From Eledone cirrhosa (Eukaryota): a stretch of DNA of 64,000 nucleotides. The notes under the pieces are model-generated. The model was not told the origin of the DNA. It saw only the letters and a list, made by a program, of their open reading frames with translations, and did not search any database. Made by a program: the position numbers and the translations under genes. How positions within the stretch are numbered: the first letter of the stretch is position 1; every line of letters begins with the position of its first letter. This document shows positions 52,850-64,000 of this stretch, in pieces. The stretch covers positions 283,092,001 to 283,156,000 of the forward strand of contig OZ024743.1 in NCBI GenBank assembly GCA_964016885.1, in the 5' to 3' direction.

Positions 52850-54800
52850 TGTATGTATGTATGTATGTATGTATGTATGTATGTATGCATGAATGCATGC
52901 ACGTATGCATGTATGTATGTATGTATGTTTGTATGTATGTATGCATGTATACATGTTATCTCTTTCTCTTAATTTCGAGTATATTTTTTTGACCGGCCAC
53001 CTTCCCGGTGGCAAGGTTGTAAAAGAAAAGAAATTGTCATCCCTTGAATCGCAAGAATGTTTTGCAAATTTTGAAGGTGCCAGCTATCGCAGCCATTTGT
53101 AGACTATGAATTAGGGAGCTGCGCTATTTGTCCGCAAATCCAAGTTCAGTCATACTTTGGTCCAAGCGGGTTGGTATATAACCCGTAGCTCCAATAATGA
53201 TGGGTATGAAGCTAAAGGTGTATCTTGGATACTGGATTTGTAAACTCCTCATCAATGGTCCGTAGATGTCCTCCTTCTCCTGTATTTTTCTGACAACGTT
53301 TACATCAAGTGGGCAGCTGATCTCCACAACAGAACACGTTTTCAATGTGTGGTCCCAAACAACAATATCAGGCCGGTTGTGCTTTAATTTTGTGGCAGTT
53401 TTTATTTTCAGGTTCCACCAGTATTCCTTAATGCCATCTGTCTCAATATATTCTTCCTCGTTTGTTGTTAATTTTGTTTTCCGAAGTGCGTTCCAGATGG
53501 TTCTAGCTATCCCATCGTGTCTCATGGGGAGGTAGTAGCGAGATGACATTCTTTCGCAGCTGGCAACAATGTGGCTTACATCCTCGATCTTTGTTTTACA
53601 TAGCCTACATTTATTGTCAGCTGCTGGCCCTCCCCTTTTGTGCAGCAGATATTTGGTAGGGAGTTTTTGTTCCTGTATTGCATAGAGATATCCCTCAAGG
53701 TGTGATGTCATAAACTTGTCGGAACTCCATGCCAGGCTTTTTGAGTGGTTTATCCCCTCTATGGTCTGTGTTTTACGTCTCAAGCATCCATGCACAACTT
53801 TTTCTGTAAATTGGTCAATGTTTTCATCTTGTTTGAACATTGAATAGGATCTTCCGATTTCTCTGGGTGAGAGATTTATATCAGGCTTTATTCCATATCT
53901 CTCCTCCAGATCAGTCGCTATTCTAATGATATTTTTTTTTTTCATGCTCATAAACCTGGGCAAGATGGTTGCCAACCTTTTTCCTCTGTTGAAGGTGTTG
54001 CTTCAGTGTTACTATCCGGGTCTCATATGTTGTTAATATGTATTTTAGACCCCGGCCACCTTCCTTGCGTGAGAAGTATAGCCTATCCACATCACCATTG
54101 ATGTTAAAGTTCCCAGTAACACTGAAAAGTTTGCGAGTTCTAACATCCATCTCACTTAGTTCTTGCAATGACCAGTTCAGCAGACCAAATGTTGGCGTTA
54201 GAATTGGCACAGCATAAGTATTGTATGTATGTATGTATGTATGTATGTATGTATGTATGTATGTATGTATGTATGTATGTATGTATGTATGTATGTATGT
54301 ATGTTTGTATGTATGTCCCTGCAGGACAAAAAACATGTATGACCATGCCTGTTTTTTGTCCTGCAGGGACAAAAATACAAACATACATACATACATACAT
54401 ACATGTATTTGGTTCAGTGCACAGTCTTTCCTCACTTTAAAAAATATCTTCATGCACAGGCATTGCACGATAGAATTAATTAATAATTATTGATAATGGT
54501 ATATCATGTAATGGCCATACTCGATAACGAGGTGGCAACCATCATGCATTTATACATGTATGTATGTATGTATGTATGTATGTATGTATGTATGTATGTA
54601 TGTATGTATGTATGTATGTATGTATGTATGTATGTATGTATGTATGTATGTATGTACGTACGTATGTATGTATGTATGTATGTATGTATGTATGTATGTA
54701 TGTATGTATGTATGTATGTATGTACGTACGTATGTATGTATGTATGTATGTATGTATGTATGTATGTATGTATGTATGTATGTATGTACGTACGTATGTA
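50746..54800. repeat. Cluster of six (TATG)n arrays with intervening retroposon pieces
   Basis: Arrays at ~50746, 51490, 52050, 52820, 54222 and 54557. Confidence 0.95.
53030..54220 (-). mobile_element. Dong/R4-clade LINE 3' part (CCHC knuckle and RLE endonuclease)
   Basis: YAVPILTPTFG...DRLYFSRKEGGRGL, CRLC...HIVASC, RHD, NRPDIVVWD, VEISCP and IPIIIGATG; one frameshift near 53940. Confidence 0.88.
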
Positions 54801-55069
54801 TGGACCCGTAACTCCCGGTGGAATCGTAGCGGCTCCGTAGTGGCATACGGTATTTTGGGAGAATTTTAAACTCAACAGGGCTCTTTCCTTTTCATGTCTG
54901 AACACAGCCGATTTCTTCCAGAAATAGAGAAACATGTATAAAGAGGAAGTGAGAAAGAGATATAGAGTAAGAATCGACCCAAGTACTGGACTGTTACTTT
55001 ATTTATCGACTGTTACTTTATTTATCGACCTCGAAAAGATGACAGACTATGTTGCCCTGTTGTCTCTAT

Positions 55070-55990
55070 ACGAATGCCTTAGTTTTGTTTTGGGGTAACT
55101 GGTGCTAGGTCGAAACCATTCAATGTGGGCGTCACCTCTCCTATTCAACATCTTCATGAACAGGATGGACATGCGCGGCTGGGTGGGAATGGTATCAAAA
55201 CTAATGGGTGAAGGATCAGTTGGCTGTAATTTGAAGACGGCATGGTACTAATTGACTCGTAAAAAGGCGATTTTCAATATGCACTAGATAGGGTTGCTGC
55301 TGAGTGCTGCACTGCAGGAATGAAAATCAGTGTTTCAAAGACTGAAACACTCATCCTCTCAAGGAAGCCAATGCAGTGAACTCTATATGTGAGTGGAGTT
55401 TCACTGAATCAGGTAAAGAAGTTCAAGTATCTCGGGTCCGTGTTCACGAGTGATAGAAGGCAGGAGGCCGAATTAAGTGCAAGAATTGCAGGAGCTGATC
55501 CAGTAACGTGCCAGCTTTAGAATTCGGTCATCAGAAGGTAGGTAGGTGAAACATTTTAACTCGCTATCTTCAATTCGGTATTCGTGCCAACCCTTACATA
55601 TGGTCATGAATCTTGAGTAATGACCGTAAGAATACGATCGCGAATACAAGCAGCCGAAATTGGGTTCCCCTGAATGGTCTTTGGAGTAACGTTACTCGAT
55701 AGAGTGCGTAGCTCGGGGATCAGAGAGTCACTTCAGGTAGAGCCGCCACTTCTCCAAATTGAGAGATCACATCTCCGATACTACGGCCATGTGGTTAGAA
55801 TATCCCCCAAAATAATTGCTGGACGGATTGTATGAGCAAAACCAACTGGCAAGAAACCTAGGGATAGACTCCGAGCAAGATGATTGGGTAACACCCATGG
55901 ACTCGGCTGGTCTCACTTGGGGATTCAGCTGGCTTAATTGGAGATAGTTGCTTCTGATAGGACCCGCTTAAAAGCGTGCTTGAGGATTTT
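55070..55990 (+). mobile_element. Decayed RTE-clade LINE
   Basis: Remnants of SPLLFNIFM, GMKISVSKT, FKYLG, TLTYGHES and YGHVVR with many stops. Confidence 0.78.
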
Positions 55991-58900
55991 TCACGTCGGG
56001 AATTAAATTTTTCTTTTTAATCATCAAATTAACCTAGAGGAGTCCACTTCCTTCAGATGATAATTCTGAAACGAAATAATAAAAAAAGTGAATATTTAAA
56101 CTTATTTTACACTAACCATAAAATAAAATATTATTCAACAGATTTCAATCGGATTATATAATGTTTGCAATAAAAAAAGGATAAGGCAAAGAGAAAAAAT
56201 AAATAGCGAATGTAGAGAAAGATGGGAGGGAGCGATAGACTCAATACCAGACATGAACAACCTTTTTTGAGCAGTGGGCCGCATAGGATGTGGCTCTTCA
56301 TTGACGAAGTGCACTACTAAAAAGTTCGAAGCAATTATGAAATTAGGCGTGCCATTCAGAAAGCCAAACGGACCGCAGTTTGACTATGAATGCTATATCC
56401 TTAGCTGCGCTCCGTGAAAAAAATGGCGAAAACAAAGCCGTGGAGAACAAACAGCAACATCCGCTGCATCAGTCTCTCTACCTTCCGGGGCTCCTTCCGC
56501 AGGCAGGATGTACTCCAACCAATTTTGCAGAGGGAGTCAGTTGCTTGAGGACCAAAGACACCTCTAGCCGTAATTTGATGCTCTCCTCAATAGACTCAAT
56601 AGAGTTTCTTTCAAACTGTCAAGCAGCCACCATGAAGCTGACTTTAGTAGCCTCATAGATAAGTTTCCATTGTGAATTGGCTTTTAGTCACCAATATATC
56701 TGAGATTTTAACAGTTTATTCTCGTGTCCGGGAGACAAAGTAAGCAATAGTGATAAATAGCTGTCAAAGAAGCAGTTGCAGTGTTCATTCCGACCAGCTA
56801 AGATGTAGCAGTCAACTGTCGCACACATCGAGCCCTTTGGGTCTCCCTCTCTCTCGCTCTTGGTTTCTCTGTTAGTCATACCAGCATAATTTATCCTATC
56901 AACAAAAGTTTGGTAAATACATTTTAATAATACCTTTGCAAGCAAACACGCATACACATCATACCTGATACATAACATCACACAATCTATCTGTGGTTAT
57001 TTGTTCTTCATGTTTTGTCGTATAACTTTGACGAAAGTTATATTTAATAAGTTAGTAACATAGCGGCTTTGTGTTATTGTGGTTTATACATTTCATTTCC
57101 TTACTTGTACACCCGCAATCTCTGGTTACACTGTATCAGGCACATCAATCTCCTCCGCCTACACTTTACACAACAGTGACCACAACATCATTGAGCAATC
57201 CACAAGTGAGTATACACACAAAACCGAATAAACACCACAACACACCACAATTTCATCCCTATAATAGGAGCCACTTTACACCCGAGGTCTTGATGGCAAC
57301 TGGTTCTAAATATTCATACAAATTATTTGACATCTATTTATTGTCGTACTAATCGTAATATTCTGAAACAAATCTAACTGAAAATCGTTGCCGCCAAGAT
57401 TGCACCTCCCGTTTATGCTCACAGCATAATTAAATTCATTGTAATTTCTCAGTTCCACTGCGTGGCACCTACTATAGCTTCGGGTTGACCATGGCCTAAT
57501 GATTGATATGTGATTGGCGGAAACTGCATTGAAGTCTCTGAGAAGAAGAAGACCAAAGCCCTAAAGGTAATATCAGAGGCAGCGAATAAGAGTTCCAGCT
57601 GGATCTAGTGCGAGGAGGAATAAAACTGACCTACATACCATTTGAGAGCATTATGCCATGATTTGCAGCATGGAATTACGGCCCATTACGGTCTGAGTTC
57701 AAATCCCGCCAAGGTTAACTTTGCCTTTCATCCTTACGGGTTCGATAAAATAAAACACCAGTAATACACTGGGATAATTGCTGGCCTTGTGTCAAAAGTA
57801 GAAACAATTATGTTTGTATTTTATCGGGGGATTGGCAGTATGTGGATATGCTGTATGGCATAGGGTTATGGCCCTTTACGATCTGAGTTAAAATCTTGCC
57901 AAGGTTAGCTTTGCCTTTCATCCTTATGGGGTCGATAAAATAAAGCACCAGTAATACATTCAGATCGACTTTCCCCACCCCACCAAAATTACTGGCCTTG
58001 TGCCTAATGTAGAAATCATTGTTTGTATTTTAACGCACACCAAGGGAAGTAACTCTGAATGGTTGTAGTGTTGGCGGCGGCGATGACAAGCCACGTTAAT
58101 TTTCCAAACACAAAAAAAGTGTTAACATTTATGTTTGAAAGCAGAGGTAACGGAGAGGAGTTCCAGCTAGATCTTGTGAACAAAATCTCCATACAAATTA
58201 AATACACATGTCTCCGATATCCAAATGCCTTGATATGAGCAGAAGGTACCCAGGAGCCATACCTGGATGCGGTTCGGTCCTCTTAGAGTATAAGACGTTA
58301 AGGGCCGAAACACTTGCTTGAGAAAGGTTTCTTCTCTGGAGACCTTCTGCTCTTCTGCTGTCCAGCTCTCCTGGGAGTTTCTTACCGTTATATGTGCGAT
58401 CGTGAGACAAACAACCCAAGGATATATATATATTGTGTGTGTGTGTTCGCACGCGGTTTCTTTATTAGCAGACGTACGCCCCCCCCCCCCCAGTTTTACG
58501 ATCCTTGTATATCAACCTCATATTAAAAGAATTATTCTTGTGGCTAGGGCAGGAGAATTCAATATTAAATTCATTCCTCGATTTTGCCAAACGAACTCAG
58601 CCATTCAAGGTACATAACTCTTGATGGACTTTTTAAAAATTGATATTGTATTAATATTTATAGCTTCACTCTTGTGTTAATTATATATAAACATATCGTA
58701 TATGCCTTCATATACACCCCTGTTTTCCCTTTGCATATAGTATATATGCAAAAGGCAAACAGAAATAACAAAGCAGTCGACACAGTACAATGAAGAAATA
58801 TATTATTAGTTTTACGCCTGTTATATAGTAGGGGGAAAATATATATGCAGTTTTATATCAATTAATAAATAAATATTCCAGTCTTGTGTGGGTATAGAGG

Positions 58901-59223
58901 AGTAAAAATCATTGTATTAACTTTCTAATAATAATTAGTTTCTGCTATTATTTTTTACTATTTTTTTTTTTACTTTTACTATTATTTTTTACTTTTTGTC
59001 CAGCTTACAGCTATGAAGCAACAACAATACCTATTCATTCAAAGTTTCAAGGTAGACAACTCATGTATGAAATATAATTGTTTCTACTTTTGGCACAAGG
59101 CCAGCAATTACTCAGTGCATTACTGGTACTTTATTTTATCGACCCCGTAAGGGTGAAAGGCAAAGTTAACCTTGGCGGGATTCGAACTCAGAATGGCAAG
59201 GGCCTTCACTCTAAAGTTTCAAG

Positions 59224-59512
59224 GTACTCTCGGATCTCAAATAATAGAGGAGTGGGACTAAGCGGGGGAGGCATAATCTTTCTAGGTTGTCTTCGTTGAT
59301 TTTTAAAATACAGAATTATTCGTTTAGTTTACATTTTATAACGTATGAGATTTCTTGTAATGTTCTTTTTTTTTTGTCATGTATAATGTTTTTTAATGTC
59401 TAAAAAAAAACCATTAATTGCCGCAGGAGATTAACAAAACTTATTAAGCAGGGGTGGGTGGAAAAAAATCTGAAAAATTATTAAGCGCGGGGTAGGGCGA
59501 TTAGAAGCAGTA
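59224..59512. mobile_element. MITE-like repeat
   Basis: Starts tactctcggatctcaaataa; shares taagc(g/a)ggg sub-repeats with ~43850-44091, which ends ttattcaagacctgagagta. Confidence 0.5.
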
Positions 59513-59639
59513 ACGTGACGGGATTTTCCCATCTTCATGGTATAATTTGTTATAATATAATGGCAATAAGGAGACGAAAAAGATAAAGAAGAAAAAGAAA
59601 TTAAGCAACGAAAGAAAGGGAAAAGGGAAAGGGTGCGAC

Positions 59640-60470
59640 AGACTCTACACCTGAATTTGAGCAGAATGTTTCAGCTGCGCCATGCGGACAAAATGGCGAA
59701 GGCATTGCCACAGAAAATGACTACTGATACCCGCAGTAGTAGCCATTCTACCTCACCGTCTGCAGTTTTTCCCAAGGTATCTACAGTGACTGGCGTGTAA
59801 AGGAACCGGTCAGTAAAGCCCAGTTATTTGGTTATCTTCCTCTTTTCTGAATTGAGGGCGGCAGTGCCTAGGTTTGCAGCTGAAACAACAATGTTGGTAG
59901 CGTAGAATGAGTCGCAGCGTGTAGGGTCCCAGATTAGGGATTTACCTCCCTTGAATGGGAAGTGAGTTATCCTGTCTGTGTCCTTGCCCTAACCTTGGTC
60001 GAAGCCAGCTGGTTCCAGTTGTGAGGGAAAGCTGGCTGCATTGAGAATCCTGATTATGTTGTTCAGAGTAGCATGTCGAGGAAACTGACCTATGATTTGA
60101 CAGTGGAGCAGCGTGTGCACAGGAGCTCATCAACACTAGCTCCACAACATCGTTTGTGTGGCTCACACATGTGGAAGCTGAGGAACTGAACAACACCAAC
60201 ATGGACGGTACCGCTTGATGAGCAGGGTACCGGTTGATGAGGGCACTAAATTGAGCTACGCATTGCTGTTTGGCTGTGAGGCAGAATGGAAGCAGGTTAG
60301 ATAGTGTTGGCCCAAGGAAGACTTGATCTGCCTGAAGGTTGATCTGTACTTGATCTTGTCCCAAGTTGGACAGCTGCATACTGGAGGATAACGAGGCCTT
60401 CATTGATCCAATCAGCCAGAGCTGACACAACTTCAAGGCCGACATCTAGGATACCTGTGGTTATGCTGTT
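59640..60470 (-). mobile_element. CRE-like RLE non-LTR fragment
   Basis: Minus strand reads SLIWDPTRCDSF...EKRKITK...PVTVDTLG...LLRVSVVIFCGNA, parallel to the 45480-46195 element. Confidence 0.65.
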
Positions 60471-61159
60471 ACATTCTGAATTGAAATCCTAACTAGTCCG
60501 ACATTGCCTTTTATCTGCTTGTAGTTGATAGGATAAGTTCCAATCACATAGCCATCTATAGGCTATACACACAGGCATACACACACATACACACATATAC
60601 ACACACACGCACACACATCATTCCCCCCCCACACACACATGCATCCACACACGCACATGCACTCACACACGCACTCGCACACACATGCGAGCATATGTGC
60701 ATGGAGTGGTGTGGGTGGGCTGTCAATGAAGATGATGATGATAACAAAGATGATAATGATGATGACAGCAACAATGACAGCAACAATAACGAAGACGGCA
60801 ACAATGATGACGATGATGATGATGATGGTGATCGTGCTGTGTTTTTCTACACACACACATGCTTCAAACTAAATGATAAAGTAGTAAACAACAATATTCT
60901 ATAGAGGTTATTCAAACTGATGTGCTCAACTCAACCCCAGATACGATGGTGTTAAGTGCATGAGAGATTGACATGTGTCCATTACAAATATGACAGCATT
61001 AGGGCGTCAAGTTAAATACACTTCTGTATTTGTTCCAACTCACTGTGCTCTGAGTTCAAATTCTGCCAACGTCAACTTTGTTTTTCATCCTTTTGAAGTC
61101 AATAAATAAAATACCTACCAAGTATTGAAGTTGATTCTTCATTTATTTTCTTTTATGTA

Positions 61160-61390
61160 CTGACTATTCATTCTATTAGTTTTTGAACATTATCTCCAAG
61201 GATGGCAATGTTGTCAGCCTAATCCAGATCAATTATGGCGAAATTGCGACCCACCACGATGCCTAGAAAGCCAGCAAGAGCCTGGTTTATAATCCAGTCA
61301 ACTGCACAGTTGAGCAGCATTGAGGACAGTACACAACCATGCTGGACTCCAGACTGAATGTCAAAGAAGTCTGACTCTTGACCATACATA
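61160..61390 (-). mobile_element. RTE-like RT fragment
   Basis: FFDIQSGVQHGCVLSSMLLNCAVDWI...DLD*ADNIAIL. Confidence 0.65.
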
Positions 61391-62559
61391 TGAAATGAAA
61401 TGAAAAAGATTTCAGGGACTATGTTGAAAAATAAACCTCATTTGGCCATTCTATGAGAGTATCTTGGTCAGCCTATGAACCTTTTAGCTGACTCTCGTCT
61501 GGCATGTGATAATGAAATAAAAGTTTAACTTAGTGAACACTCTAAATCATCATCATCATCATCATCATTATTTGGCATCCATTTTCCAGACTAGCAAGAG
61601 TTGGATGGGTCTTTACAGACAGCATGAACATTCAAGCTAAACTACGGACCTCTCAGACCAGCTAGGAGGTTGCATCTCATTTACATACAGTGTATTTTAA
61701 TTGTGGCACCAGCACTACTAGTTTGTTATGTCTTTGACACTGCTGAATGAAGAATAAAGTGAAGCTGGATCATGAAATTTCAAACCACTGATTTAGAATA
61801 TATCAAGCAGTCCCCAGCTTTTGTGGAGTCAAACAGGTTTATTGAGCAACATGGGAGGAAATACATGAACAACTTTCTTTAGTGTAAACAGAGTCCCATA
61901 TATACAATTACATAATTAACTACACTAGCTAATTACATAATTAAGTACACTTACTCACAGCTGCCTACTTAAAGTATACCTACAAACAATTCTACAACCT
62001 ACATACACATGTTAATTATCATCATTATCATTGTTTTAATATGCATTTTTTGTTCCAAACTAACATGGATAGAATAAATCTGTAATAATCACTTAACCCT
62101 TTAGCATTTACATTACTCTATATATACTATTGTATTTTCGCAGTAAAAGCTTTATCTCATATAATATTGAATCTATGAGATTTTGATATTATTTATGTTG
62201 AGAACAATTCCTTAACATCAGTATGAGTATCAAGTTACAGCCGGTTTGAACAGAAAGAGGTGAGAGAATTCTGACTGGATATGGTCGGTTTTAAACTCTT
62301 TCGTTAACATATTTCTAATGAAAGACACAACCTATAATTTTCAAACCATTTAAAAAATATTCAAGAATTCAGAGAGATTTAGTAATATTGCTAACTTTCT
62401 CATTATTTAGCTTGTTTGGAAAATACCTGATATATCACAAGAAATGTGAAGAAGGAAGTTTGTACAAAAAGCCACATAAAAATTGTGCTCTCAAAATGTA
62501 TCAACGCTAAACCATACTGAATCACCATTATACACTTTAACAAATATAAAAAATATCTT

Positions 62560-63020
62560 GATTACACATAGACACATACACACACATACACAGAGTCAAA
62601 TACACATATGTGCACTTAAATACCCTCACCTAAATACACACACATACACACATACAAATGCCCACACATTCACGCATTCAAATACACAAAAATATACACA
62701 CACATACATGCACCTAAATACACACACCCAAATACATACACGTCCAAATACTCACACACAGAAATATATACACACACACATAAATACACTGACATACATA
62801 TTCACATCCACATACAAACACACACATGCACACATAGATATAAACACACACATACAAACACACACATGCACACATAGATATAAAACACACATACACACAC
62901 CCAAATACATACACATAAATACACACACACGTACACACATCCAAATACACACACACACACACATATATATATACATAAATACACACATATATATACACAC
63001 ATACACACACGTGTGTGTGT
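62560..63020. repeat. Degenerate (CA/TA)n tract
   Basis: Direct reading. Confidence 0.9.
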
Positions 63021-63689
63021 GATATAAATTTAGCATTACAAGTAAACACCATATAGGTCAATTAATATCTAATGCACAGTATAACTAGCTGCCAAGCCCT
63101 GATTACAGATTCATCTTGTCTAATAGTGACAGCTATTGTTTTCCTTTAGATGATGTGAAACTGGTGGATTTACATAGAAAATTGAATAAGTTGACATAAT
63201 TCATATGATTTAGTGAGAGTACACCCATGTCAATATAATAATTGTTTCTACTTTTTGGCACAAGGCCAGCAATTACCCAGTGCATTACTGGTACTTTATT
63301 TTATCGACCCCGTAAGGATAAAAGGCAAAGTTAACCTCGGCGGGATATAATAATAATCATACATAAGTATTATGTATATATACGGTAAAGAGGTCGTGAT
63401 TGTGACACGGTAAAAAGCACCAAGCCCACACTGTAAACTGGTCATGTAGGTGTCATGACAAAAAGCACCTAATCCACACTGTAAAGTTGTCCCGTAGGTA
63501 CACAACAAAAAGCACCCAGTACTCACTAAGGTTGGCGTTAGGAAGTACATCCAACAGTAGAAACCAAGCCAAAATCAGTTCTATATGAGCAAGATATGGT
63601 TACCTGGCCTAACATTGCCCACAACAGGACAACTCGTCAAACCCATGCTAGCACAGAGAAATGAATGTAAAACAATGAGGATGATGATG

Positions 63690-63945
63690 ATATATAATAC
63701 GTGCAAAAAAGTAGCTCCTCATACAGTACCATAAGGAGGCTACATATACGGAACTCGTGTCAATGAGAGCCTCTTCCATTAAAAAACATCTTGATAGATG
63801 TCGCAACCAAGAGGTTGAGGTCACCATAGAGGCGACTGAAAGGAATATGGGAAATTTAAGGATTAAGGAAGCCATGTTCATCAGTAGAATAAAACCAGAG
63901 ATAAATGATAGATCAGAAATGCATGACGCAGAATGGTTACTATAG
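63690..63945 (+). mobile_element. Penelope-like GIY-YIG C-terminal remnant
   Basis: SSIKKHL...LRIKEAMFISRIKPEINDRSE matches the L.IKE...I....P.IN motif of PLE endonucleases. Confidence 0.7.
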
Positions 63946-64000
63946 CAACCCTGCGCATGTGCATGCATTTTGAAAACACATAGACAGGTTATGGAAAAAA

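Noticed and set aside
50653-54935. MYVC/HTYI repeat ORFs
   Set aside because: Translations of (TATG)n microsatellites.
56247-56700. Possible hAT transposon remnant
   Set aside because: One terminus-like motif only; no matching TIR or clear transposase motif found by eye.
60695-60904. Asp/Asn-rich ORF
   Set aside because: Translation of a (GAT/AAC)n microsatellite.
61945-61970. Possible further FAM167 5' exon donor (gtgagtaagt, minus strand)
   Set aside because: Donor-like motif only; exon extent cannot be supported without transcripts.

Overview
AT-rich, repeat-dominated animal genomic DNA. The SINE/LINE complement and very large (TA)n, (CA)n and (TATG)n arrays suggest a coleoid cephalopod such as Octopus (inference). 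There are two credible host genes. One is a spliced FAM167-family gene on the minus strand (exons 50610-50544, 38258-37792, 34131-33871). The other is a convergent, intronless, apparently secreted orphan ORF (28558-29172) with clustered S-x-E motifs. The rest is decayed non-LTR retrotransposons (Tx1/L1, RTE, R2/NeSL-like, Dong/R4, CRE-like, Penelope GIY-YIG), two tRNA-derived SINE families, MITEs and satellites. The main hidden signal is a dense set of at least 14 type I hammerhead-ribozyme motifs from about 7 sequence families, read by eye on both strands. They lie in short non-coding cassettes bounded by (TA)n, often as fold-back pairs. They include minimal palindromic-stem-III forms with covariation, a U3-A8 core variant, one full monomeric GUC form, and forms whose stem II is expanded into a branched 35-80 nt domain. 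All structures were folded by hand; no database search or folding program was run.
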